Shown one piece after another: positions 1 through 7,450 of a stretch of DNA of 64,000 nucleotides. This stretch comes from an uncultured Chloroflexia bacterium (GTDB lineage: Bacteria > Chloroflexota > Limnocylindria > Limnocylindrales > CSP1-4): assembly GCA_963715295.1 (NCBI GenBank), contig CAVQRP010000022.1:24-64023 (forward strand). The letters run 5' to 3'. The notes under the pieces are model-generated. The model ran no database searches. It was given only the letters and a program-made list of their open reading frames with translations, and had not been told where the DNA came from. Numbering within the stretch: the first letter of the stretch is position 1; every line of letters begins with the position of its first letter. Both the position numbers and the translations under genes were made by a program.

Positions 1-26
1 CGCAATTCCTCAGACCACCCACGACG

Positions 27-73
27 CACGGAGAGCGGCGATAGCCCCACGGAGAGCGGCGATAGCCCCACGG
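27..73. repeat. 21-bp tandem repeat CACGGAGAGCGGCGATAGCCC, two full copies plus 5 nt
   Basis: 27-47 and 48-68 are identical and 69-73 restarts the unit. It lies at the window edge, so the array may continue upstream. Related ACCACCCACG..CACGG strings occur at about 14-30 and 86-100. Confidence 0.9.
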
Positions 74-320
74 CAGGGTGATTGACCACCCACGGCCACG
101 GCGGGGCGTACGGGCGTTCTGACGAGGTCACGAGTACTCCGCATTGGGGCAACCACCCAACGTCGTAACTTGCCCGCGCGCTTGGCGCCGAGACCCGCCC
201 ACAGTCGCGTAAGCTCGCGATCGGCGGCGCCCGCTCGCGTGGCTCTTGAGCCCCGGCAACGCTGACCCGGTGCGGGGTCCGGCATCGACCAGAACGTGAG
301 CCGGCAGCGACCGGGGCACA

Positions 321-357
321 AGAAGAGGCCCGCCCCCAAGCGGAACGGGCACTTCCT
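321..357. repeat. GC hairpin repeat, degenerate copy (family consensus AAGAGGCCCGCCCCTCGCGGGACGGGCCTC); likely terminator of 392..932
   Basis: AGAAGAGGCCCGCCCCCAAGCGGAACGGGCACTTCC lies 36 nt downstream of the minus-strand stop at 392. The GCCCG/CGGGC and GAAG/CTTC arms pair. Confidence 0.6.
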
Positions 358-391
358 GAGCGCGGCAGGCAGCCGAGGCGGCGCGATGGGG

Positions 392-932
392 TTACTGGGC
401 GGGCTCGGGAGACTCCGGGATCTCGGGCAAATCGCAGGGAATACCATGCCATGGATGTCGTAGCCCGAGCGATCGGTCATGTAATCGAAGACCATCATCG
501 CGGTCAGCCCCTCGTACGCCCGTGCCGCGATAAATCGCCTGGTGGTGGAGGCTATTCGGGTCCGTCGAGCCGACGTAGCCTCGGCCGGTGCCCACCAGGA
601 CCCAAGCTCATTGTCGATGCGTGTGGAGAGCGACCAGACGCGGCCGTGGATGCTGTGGAAGTCCGTGTTGAGGACGAGGCGGAGCTTGCCGTTAAGGCGC
701 GGGTCGCTCATCTCGTCCAGTTGCATCTCCCAGGCGTCACCCAACCTCGATACCATGCCCGGGCCCTCGACTTCCTGGCCGTGCTCATCTTCGATGCCCC
801 AATTAGCCGTCCCGGTGAACGCCGCCGCCTTCTGCGCAGCGGCCTCGCTCTCAGCCTCCTCCTCCGCGACCGCCGGCGCAGTGCCGGCCAGCGGCAGACC
901 AGGGACAGCAGCAGGCCCACGGTCCTCCGCAT
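392..932 (-). pseudogene. secreted protein of the DPR-x-G / EN-x-G-x-W / AYEG / PG-x-P family (paralog of 35216..35806 and of the C-domain of 34463..35146), readable only with 3 or more frame switches
   Basis: AAGGAGG RBS precedes the ATG at 932 and the signal peptide MRRTVGLLLSLV. The mature part continues in the frame of ORF 10..1152 (GDAWEMQLDEMSDPRLNGKLRLVLN...RIDNELGSW), then the frame of ORF 392..595, then back (AYEGLTAMMVFDYMTDRSGYDIHGMVFP), ending DLPEIPESPEPAQ*. Confidence 0.55.
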
Positions 933-1093
933 GACATTCCTCCTTCTCACGGCGGGCCGGGTTCGCCAGTGGCTCGGCGCCAGTCAGGCGGCCATGATCG
1001 ACGGGCCGTGCCTCGTAGCCTCCCGCTACTTGTTTGGGCGGTGGAGAGGCCGGTTCGGTTCCCTCTTTGTTGCCTCTTGCTTCCCTGTTCCCA

Positions 1094-1285
1094 ATGACCG
1101 ACCACGACGCCGAGATGGACGCCCTGCTCGACCAGCTGGAGGCTGCGGGCATGGTCGAGGTCTACACCGACGACGGCCAGCAGGCCATGCGTCTGACGCC
1201 CGACGGCGAGCGTGTGGCGCGGCAGTTGGCGATGGCTGGCGAGGATGGGCAGGACGCGCTACTGGCGGGGCTGCTCGGGGAGTAG
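1094..1285 (+). CDS. 63-aa mini winged-helix-like protein (MxDHDAEMDA family, copy 1)
   Basis: ATG at 1094 inside ORF 1034..1285. Sequence MTDHDAEMDALLDQLEAAGMVEVYTDDGQQAMRLTPDGERVARQLAM is clearly similar to 5192..5389. A hairpin repeat starts 8 nt after the stop. Confidence 0.6.
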   Translation: MTDHDAEMDALLDQLEAAGMVEVYTDDGQQAMRLTPDGERVARQLAMAGEDGQDALLAGLLGE

Positions 1286-1292
1286 GGGCAAA

Positions 1293-1327
1293 GGAAGAGG
1301 CCCGCCCCTCGCGGGACCGGGCCTCCC
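1293..1327. repeat. GC hairpin repeat copy; bidirectional terminator between convergent 1094..1285 and 1367..1792
   Basis: GGAAGAGGCCCGCCCCTCGCGGGACCGGGCCTCCC matches the family consensus. Confidence 0.75.
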
Positions 1328-1366
1328 GACCAATGACCGGCTGTGGCTGGTCGCGCTAGAGCTGGA

Positions 1367-1792
1367 TCAAGCTTCTTCACAGGGGTCGGCCTCGAAGGTC
1401 TGCACGTCCGACGCGTAGCTCGGAGCCCTTTGGGTCGTTGCCCCACTGGCTGAGAGACTCGCACCGTGGTGGCTACGGAAGTTATCCCCGATCTCGCCCG
1501 CATAAAGCGTGTTCCTCTCGGCCTTGTCGAGGAAAGGGGTCTCGGCGATGACCGGGGAGCCGTTTACCGACATCTCCACATAGTCGGGCAGCGGACCCTT
1601 GTCGATCTGGAACGAGCCGGACCAGTAGTAGGCGCCGTCCCTGGTCGATGTAGCACGCCTCGAGCACGGCGAACTTGCGTCGTCCGTGCCGCTGCCGCCG
1701 GTAGCGCGAGGGCTGTTGTCAGCAGTAGGGCCACCCCGATGGTTGCTGCTCATCAGCTTCACTCGATCCTCCATCCCCCGAGTGGCCGTCAC
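1367..1792 (-). CDS. hypothetical protein (start uncertain: 1792, 1774 or 1753)
   Basis: ORF-track 141 aa. The C-terminal 90 aa have protein-like composition (DGAYYWSGSFQIDKGPLPDYVEMSVNGSPVIAETPFLDKAERNTLYAGEIGDNF). A GGAGGA motif lies upstream of the ATG at 1753, and a hairpin repeat follows the stop. Confidence 0.4.
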   Translation of the reverse strand: MTATRGMEDRVKLMSSNHRGGPTADNSPRATGGSGTDDASSPCSRRATSTRDGAYYWSGSFQIDKGPLPDYVEMSVNGSPVIAETPFLDKAERNTLYAGEIGDNFRSHHGASLSASGATTQRAPSYASDVQTFEADPCEEA

Positions 1793-1876
1793 CCGCAGGC
1801 TGCGGCAATGACCGCAAGGCGTGACCGTGAGGGCGCAATGTACAGCGCGGCGGTATGCGTTGTCGAGGTTCGAGAA

Positions 1877-2167
1877 TCAACCGCGCCGCCACAACCCCAC
1901 GACCGCCCCGTCGCCGCGCACTACGACGCGATACCGCTCGCCCATCGTCGTCTCGAGGACGAGCCGCAGGCCCTCGAGGTCGCTCGCCAGCTCCATCGCT
2001 GACCGCAGGCGGGACACGCCGAGGCTGTACGCGGTCAGGCGCGGATCGTCGTGGCGGACGCGGGCCCTCGGTGGCTTCCAGGCGATGACCAGCGGCTCCG
2101 GCATCACGGGATCGAGGCTGGCGGCTGGGCGTGCCAGCTCGTCAGGCAGGCGTCGGGCCGCAGGCAT
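1877..2167 (-). CDS. hypothetical 96-aa protein
   Basis: C-terminal part of ORF 1877..2926 from the ATG at 2167 (MPAARRLPDE...LEGLRLVLETTMGERYRVVVRGDGAVVGLWRRG*). The upstream remainder of that ORF crosses two hairpin repeats and is Arg-rich shadow. Confidence 0.35.
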   Translation of the reverse strand: MPAARRLPDELARPAASLDPVMPEPLVIAWKPPRARVRHDDPRLTAYSLGVSRLRSAMELASDLEGLRLVLETTMGERYRVVVRGDGAVVGLWRRG

Positions 2168-2280
2168 GTTCGCATCTGCCGCGAATTGACTGGTTCCCTG
2201 TATGGATTCCTCGCGGCGCTGAGCGTGGCGGGTGGTCGGGTCGTGGTCGGGTAGTGGTCTGGTAGGCGGCTGCCGCGAAC

Positions 2281-2313
2281 AAGAAGAGGCCCGCCCCACG
2301 CGGGACGGGCCTC
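2281..2313. repeat. GC hairpin repeat copy; terminator of 2347..2647
   Basis: AAGAAGAGGCCCGCCCCACGCGGGACGGGCCTC lies 34 nt downstream of the minus-strand stop. Confidence 0.75.
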
Positions 2314-2346
2314 CACATCCGATGCGCGTGCGCGAGGTCGCTGTGT

Positions 2347-2647
2347 CTAGTCGGCGTTGGGTAGTGGACAGGCGCCAGTGCGGTTCCAGATGCCTGCCGG
2401 GTCGTTGTTCATCGGGCTGATGATGACCCATGGGTCGCCCGCGAACCAGACGCTGGGCGCTCGCCCGGCGTACTCCTTGCCTGCTGGGATCGGCAGTGCG
2501 CGGAGGTCTCCCGGATGTTTTCCTGTAGCCGGCTGCAGACTCCCCAGACCCCGATCGGCGGTCCCTTGCCTTCCGCTGACGCCACACAGGCAGCGACGCC
2601 ACCGTGAGCGATGCCGCGGCTAAGCCGAGTAGTAGTCGTAGCCTCAT
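2347..2647 (-). CDS. small secreted protein or lipoprotein candidate, one frame switch
   Basis: ATG at 2647 gives signal peptide MRLRLLLGLAAASLTVASLP. The mature part is readable only in another frame (LQPATGKHPGDLRALPIPAGKEYAGRAPSVWFAGDPWVIISPMNNDPAGIWNRTGACPLPNAD*), with its stop at 2347. Confidence 0.4.
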
Positions 2648-2885
2648 CTGGCAACCCTCCTCCTCCGGCCACCATCGGGGATGCCAAGAGGTGATGGCGC
2701 CTCGCGGCAGCCTGCACCCCATTATCCGGCGCGCGACAAGGCGACAATCCACATCCAGATAAGGGAGGCGTAAGTGGCGCGCCACATAATCGTCCTGGCT
2801 CCGGCAACGGCTCCGGCCGCTCAGCGCGCGGATTTGGCTTAAGATAGAACGGTGCTGTCGTGGGCCTGTGGCGTCGTGGCGCATA

Positions 2886-2920
2886 AGAAGAGGCCCGCCC
2901 CTCGCGGGACGGGCCTCTTC
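2886..2920. repeat. GC hairpin repeat copy (best stem: GAAGAGGCCCGCCC / GGGACGGGCCTCTTC); terminator of 3012..3482
   Basis: AGAAGAGGCCCGCCCCTCGCGGGACGGGCCTCTTC forms a 14-bp stem with one bulged A and loop CTCGC. Confidence 0.8.
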
Positions 2921-3011
2921 GGTCAACGGGCTTGCCGACCGAGCCTAGTTCACCTGGTTGGAGACCAGCGAACTGACGCAGCCCGCCACCACGGCTGGCG
3001 GAGGGTTGGGC

Positions 3012-3482
3012 CTACCTGAACCGCAGCAGCCCCACGAATACCTCGCCCACCCCATCCTCCATGGGCAAGATGTCCCCCTTGCCCATCGGAGCGGGATCGA
3101 AGCCCGTCGAGTCCGTCAGGTGCCAGCGAGCATGAAGGTTCGGCCCGTCGTAGACGATGGTGGCCTTCAGCCTCAGTTCGAAGGTCTTCTCGGTCCCAGA
3201 GCACGTGTAGAGCTTGTAGACGTCGACCTTGAGGCCGTCGTCGGTCATCTGCCACACCCTGCCTCCAGCATCTGCCCACGTCCCGCCGCTGCACAGGTCC
3301 GCAGCAGCCTCACCGGTGACCACGAAGGTTCCGTGGTCGGCGAGCGGCTCCTCGTCAGCGTTGTACGCCGCGATCGCGACTTCCTGGGATTGGCCCGCCA
3401 TCGCCGGCACGGCCAGCACGGTGACCAGCAGCGCCGTGGACGCCAGCAGCGCCCATGCGCGAACAAGCATGGTCCTCTCCAT
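3012..3482 (-). CDS. secreted hypothetical protein (156 aa)
   Basis: C-terminal part of ORF 3012..3923 from the ATG at 3482. Signal peptide MERTMLVRAWALLASTALLVTVLAVPAMAGQ, followed by balanced composition. Confidence 0.65.
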   Translation of the reverse strand: MERTMLVRAWALLASTALLVTVLAVPAMAGQSQEVAIAAYNADEEPLADHGTFVVTGEAAADLCSGGTWADAGGRVWQMTDDGLKVDVYKLYTCSGTEKTFELRLKATIVYDGPNLHARWHLTDSTGFDPAPMGKGDILPMEDGVGEVFVGLLRFR

Positions 3483-3631
3483 CGGGGATCGACCTACCTT
3501 CCTGTCACGGTCGTCGTCCCTCGATGAGGGGTGCGGCCACGGGACCGCGCGGCGCGACCGTGACCCTCCCATTGTCCGCCCCGTGGCAATCAAGGAAGCC
3601 TGAGACAAGCACCGCCCGCTACCCTGCGCGC

Positions 3632-3883
3632 ATGACCGACGACAACATCGCTGCCGCCTGGGCCGCCGTCCACGACACCACGCCCGACGGCTGGTACGTC
3701 GGCCGGCCGATGGAGCATCCCGAGCGGAACGAGTGGTCGATGTACGCCTTCGACCCCAGCGAGAAGCCGGTCGTGGGCAAGCGGTCGCGGGAGTGGACCG
3801 CCGTCGGCCCGACCGAGCTGCATTGCGTGCAGGAGATGGCGCGGTGCCTGGGCGAGTTGAAGGCGGGAAGGTGGCCGAGGTAG
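3632..3883 (+). CDS. hypothetical 83-aa protein
   Basis: ATG at 3632 in ORF 3455..3883 (MTDDNIAAAWAAVHDTTPDGWYVGRPMEHPERNEW...). Its last ~22 codons are duplicated as a relic at 4421-4490. Confidence 0.5.
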   Translation: MTDDNIAAAWAAVHDTTPDGWYVGRPMEHPERNEWSMYAFDPSEKPVVGKRSREWTAVGPTELHCVQEMARCLGELKAGRWPR

Positions 3884-3930
3884 GACGGCAGGCCCGCTCG
3901 CGATGACCGCCGGAGGCCATCACCTAGCAG

Positions 3931-4317
3931 TTACTGCCCCAGGCCAAGCAGCGCCCCCAGCAGGATCGGCACCCACCACACCCACACGATCCAAGTCACC
4001 GCGAGAGCCATCGCGAGCCAGTCAGCCCACCTACGCCGCCTCGAGACGCCCACCAGTGCGACGAAATGGGCTGCCCCGACAACGAACATCACGCAGCCGA
4101 TCCTGAAGAACATCTGCCCGAGGCTGCATTCGAACGATTGCTCGCTGGCCGAGCAGTCGCGCAGGGCGTCGGGCAGCCGGGGCAGGGTTAGCCAGCCTCC
4201 GGGCACGACCAGCAGCAGGCCACCGATCAGGAGTAGCAGCTCGGCAACGTCCCTCTCGGTGAGTGACGGCCCCTGGAATGGCGGCCCTTGGCCGAGCTTC
4301 CTCCACCGGCGAAACAT
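3931..4317 (-). CDS. membrane protein (128 aa, about 3 TM segments)
   Basis: Intact ORF with hydrophobic stretches LLLLIGGLLLVVPGGWL, CVMFVVGAAHFVALVGV and AMALAVTWIVWVWWVPILLGALLGL. Confidence 0.65.
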   Translation of the reverse strand: MFRRWRKLGQGPPFQGPSLTERDVAELLLLIGGLLLVVPGGWLTLPRLPDALRDCSASEQSFECSLGQMFFRIGCVMFVVGAAHFVALVGVSRRRRWADWLAMALAVTWIVWVWWVPILLGALLGLGQ

Positions 4318-4420
4318 GGCTGACCAACTCCACCAACGACATCGAGTCTGCTACGGCGGCGGTGAACCGGCAAGAGGCGAAGGACTCGTCCACGTGGCCC
4401 ATGTCAGGCAGCTGAGGTCG

Positions 4421-4490
4421 GGAGCTGCGCTGCGTGCAGGAGATGGCGCGCTGCCTGGGTGAGCTGCGCGAGGGCCGCTGGCCGAAGTAG
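4421..4490 (+). pseudogene. 3'-terminal relic of a paralog of 3632..3883
   Basis: gagctgcgctgcgtgcaggagatggcgcgctgcctgggtgagctgcgcgagggccgctggccgaagtag (ELRCVQEMARCLGELREGRWPK*) parallels the last ~70 nt of 3632..3883 (ELHCVQEMARCLGELKAGRWPR*). There is no upstream coding continuation. Confidence 0.55.
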
Positions 4491-4536
4491 GGCCGCGGCC
4501 AGCCCAGGCAGTGCGGTGGACTGCTCGACGGGCGAC

Positions 4537-5034
4537 TCACACGTCCATGAGGACGAGGACCGCCACGAGCAGCGCAACGGCTGGTCCGAGCACCAGCAGG
4601 ATCGCGAACCACGCCTCATCTGGTCGTCCGGTCCGAAGCCATCGGACATCGAGATAGCCGAAGGTGAACATGGCAGCCACCTCGGCCAGATATCCGAGGA
4701 CCGTCCCCCCGAGCGCCACCATCACGAATCGCGCCCAGTCTCCCGAGATCAGCGCGACGGCGATGCCGGCGACGATCGCCGCCATGCCGGCTGATATCCA
4801 TCCGCCGAACAGGATGATCAAACCGAGCATCTCGAGCCCTTCGCCGTAGGAGAACCCGCTGCTGACGACAGCCCGGTTGTACTCCTCGGGACTCATTGCC
4901 CTGATCTCGCCTTTCGCAACGTCCTCGAGCTCTGCCGGATCGAGATCCATGTCGCAGTTCCAGCAGTAGACCTCGTGATCGGATCGCACGTAGGTGCATT
5001 GGCCGCATCGCGGACACCGGACGACTCGCGGCAC
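4537..5034 (-). CDS. zinc-ribbon membrane protein (N-terminal CxxC...CxxC, about 4 TM segments)
   Basis: Intact 165-aa ORF with GTG start: MPRVVRCPRCGQCTYVRSDHEVYCWNCD, then hydrophobic segments. It is divergent from mini-gene 5192..5389. Confidence 0.7.
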   Translation of the reverse strand: MPRVVRCPRCGQCTYVRSDHEVYCWNCDMDLDPAELEDVAKGEIRAMSPEEYNRAVVSSGFSYGEGLEMLGLIILFGGWISAGMAAIVAGIAVALISGDWARFVMVALGGTVLGYLAEVAAMFTFGYLDVRWLRTGRPDEAWFAILLVLGPAVALLVAVLVLMDV

Positions 5035-5191
5035 GTTGTGCCTCCATGTCGGCGGGCCGGGTTCGCCAGTGGCTCAGCACGGTCCTGAGCGGCCATGGTC
5101 GGCGGGCCGTGCGTCGTCGCCTCCCGCTACCTGGATGAGCCAGTGGAAGGCCTGGGTGGTTCCATCTTCGTCGCGTCGCTACTCTGCGTCC

Positions 5192-5389
5192 ATGGCCGAC
5201 CACGACGCTGAGATGGACGCCATCCTCGAGCTGCTCGAGGATGCAGGCCTCGTCGAGCAGTACACCAACGACGAGGGCAAGGAGGCCATGCGCCTCACGC
5301 CCGATGGCGCCCGTGTAGCGCGGCGGATGGCGATGAGCGACGACCCGGAGGCGATGCTGAACGCGCTGCTGGCGAGTGGCGGGGGATAA
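5192..5389 (+). CDS. 65-aa mini winged-helix-like protein (MxDHDAEMDA family, copy 2)
   Basis: ATG at 5192 in ORF 4994..5389: MADHDAEMDAILELLEDAGLVEQYTNDEGKEAMRLTPDGARVARRMAM. A hairpin repeat starts 2 nt after the stop. Confidence 0.6.
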   Translation: MADHDAEMDAILELLEDAGLVEQYTNDEGKEAMRLTPDGARVARRMAMSDDPEAMLNALLASGGG

Positions 5390-5390
5390 C

Positions 5391-5420
5391 AAGAGGCCCG
5401 CCCCTCACGGGACGAGCCTT
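5391..5420. repeat. GC hairpin repeat copy
   Basis: AAGAGGCCCGCCCCTCACGGGACGAGCCTT. Confidence 0.7.
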
Positions 5421-5440
5421 CAAACATGAGACATGAAGAT

Positions 5441-5470
5441 GCGGCCTGCCCCACAGAGGACGGGCCGCTT
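5441..5470. repeat. variant GC hairpin (GCGGCCTGCCCCACAGAGGACGGGCCGC); terminator of 5479..7103
   Basis: Same architecture as the family (CCTGCCCC / GGACGGG arms). It lies 9 nt downstream of the minus-strand stop at 5479. Confidence 0.6.
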
Positions 5471-5478
5471 CTGGAGCC

Positions 5479-7103
5479 CTACTTCAGCTCGAAGTAGGCC
5501 TTGATGAACGAGCCATCGTCGGTCGAGACCTTGACGACGAAGCACTCGCCGGCCTTCGCCTTGGCGGTCTTCCAGTTGTAGACGAACTGGCCGTCGGCGT
5601 AGCGCAGGCTCGTGTCGCCGGTCTCCGTGAGCTCCTCGTCGCGGATGTCCTCCGACTCGTCGTCGATCGCGCCGCATGTCCCTCGACGTCGCCTTGAGCG
5701 ACTCGACGACCGCGGGGTCGGTCAGCTCGGTCGAGCCAGCGAAGACGCGGAACTTGAGCGGCACGGTCGAGCCAGCCTTGACGCGGTTCAGCACGCCATC
5801 CATGTTGACCGGCTTGAAGAAGCCCTCGAGCGTCCAGGCTGTCACCGTGTACGTCGCCGTGGCGGTGCCCTTGTTCCCCGCGTTGTCGAACGCCTTGGCC
5901 TTGACGGTGTGCGCACCAACGGAGGTGTCGTAGTCCACGACCTCACAGCTCCCGTCGAGCCCTGACAGGGCATCACTGGCGTCGCAGGTCGGTTCGGCGG
6001 GAACGGAGCCGAACACGTAGCTGGCCCCATCGGCCGGGCCACCGATCAGGCTCACGGTCGGGTCCGTCTTGTCGATCTTGACAGTCCTGGACGCCTGGCC
6101 GGTGTTTCCCGCGAGGTCCGAGCAGGATGCCGTGAGATCGTTGACGCCCTCGTCCGTATCAGCGGAGAGGTCGGTGCGCTTCTTGCAGTTGTCGTTGTCG
6201 ATGCCAGAGCCGCCGGTGTTGTCCGTCCAGTTCCAGTAAACGGTCACGTCGGTGTTGTTCCAACCCGCGCTGTTCTTGGCCGGGTCCTGGGTCGGGCTCG
6301 CCGTCGGAGCCTTGTCGTCCGTGGGGCAACCCGAGCCGGTGTAGTCGTCGCCCGAATTCCACGTGAGGTCCTTCGTGCAGCCGTTCGGGTCACGGAAGTG
6401 GAACGTGTAGGTCCCGGCGAGCAGATCCATGGTGGGCTTGATGAAGTAGCGGGAGTCCCCCGTCGGGCCACCGTACGAGATCTGGTTCGGCCAGGCGAGC
6501 GTGACCGTCGCCGTCTTCCACGTCAGCGTCTTGTTGGCATTCGGCATCGTCACGCTGCTCTTGACGTCGGTCGTGCTCTGGTACCGCATCTCGACCGAAT
6601 ACGTCCCCGGGAAGAACTCCGCGGAGGTCGTTCCACCGGCGTCCTGTTGCCCCACCCGGGAAGTTCCACGTCCCGAAGGCGGCATTGATGCCATAGCGAG
6701 CCGTGGCACCGGCCAATGGGTCACCATCGGCAGACTCGATCGCCAGTGTCAGCTGGTGGGTCTTGAAATCGAAGGTCGGGTCTGTCTGGATGTTCTGGGT
6801 GACGTGCGCGCTCGTCGTGTTGTTGTACGTCGTCCAGATCTCCAGGTCGGTCGTCGTGTCGGGGAACTCCATGTACTTGCAGCTGGTGGTGCCATCGACG
6901 GTGTTGGAGAAGTAGTAGGTGCTCCCAAGCTTGTACCACGTCGTACCCGGGACCAGCGCGTTGCCAGCGCTGTCCTCGATACAGACGTCGACGCGGATCG
7001 GATCGGCAGCCGCAACAGGACTGGCCGCCCCGATCGCGAGGAGCTGTGCCGATGCGAGCGCGGCCCCCGTGAGAAAGACTCCGCTCTTGCGGATCAGGCC
7101 CAT
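5479..7103 (-). CDS. large secreted cell-surface protein: paralogous N-terminal beta modules, Ig-like region, C-terminal PLKF...YNWKT (PxKF-type) module; 2 or more frame switches
   Basis: GGAGG RBS precedes the ATG at 7103 and signal peptide MGLIRKSGVFLTGAALASAQLLAIGAASPVAAA (ORF 6390..7133). It continues in ORF 5420..6727 (TWKTATVTLAWPNQISYGG, KIDKTDPTV, GSTVPLKFRVF). The last 60 aa are in a third frame (TGDTSLRYADGQFVYNWKTAKAKAGECFVVKVSTDDGSFIKAYFELK*). Confidence 0.8.
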
Positions 7104-7362
7104 TTCATTCCCTCCTTCACTCGACGGAGGCACATCTCGTGATCCTCCGCGATTCGTCCGTCCGCGACTGTCAGACCGGGCGCGTTGCCGCGGGCGGAAT
7201 GATCGGGCACTAGTACGAACGTACCCCCGTCGGGGGCACTATCAGGTCAAGTAGAGGCCACGCAAGGCCGACGCTGTCAACGCGTGCGGGGACTCGCGGT
7301 GCTTGGTGGTGCGACCTGGCACCGTGCCCCCGGCCCGGCATATCCGCGCCGTGAACGCGAAA

Positions 7363-7393
7363 CAGCAGCGAGGGCTATGGGCCCTCGCTGCTG
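7363..7393 (-). terminator. intrinsic terminator of 7451..9287
   Basis: Perfect 13-bp stem CAGCAGCGAGGGC / GCCCTCGCTGCTG with a 5-nt loop, followed on the minus strand by TTTCGCGTT. It lies about 60 nt downstream of the stop. Confidence 0.6.
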
Positions 7394-7450
7394 CCCTTGT
7401 GTCTACCACCGGCCTCCAGCCGGCAGGAGCGGCTCCTTAGTGGATGTCGT

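Noticed and set aside
27-73. CRISPR array
   Set aside because: The units are directly adjacent with no spacers, there are only two copies, and no cas genes are present.
10-1152. 380-aa ORF as a single gene
   Set aside because: It runs through a hairpin repeat and is largely Arg/Ala/Pro shadow. Only its middle part is real coding sequence, belonging to the frame-disrupted secreted protein 392..932.
1877-2926. 349-aa ORF as a single gene
   Set aside because: It crosses two hairpin repeats (2281-2313, 2886-2920) and is Arg-rich. I keep only the last 96 codons (1877..2167) and, in other frames, the small secreted protein 2347..2647.
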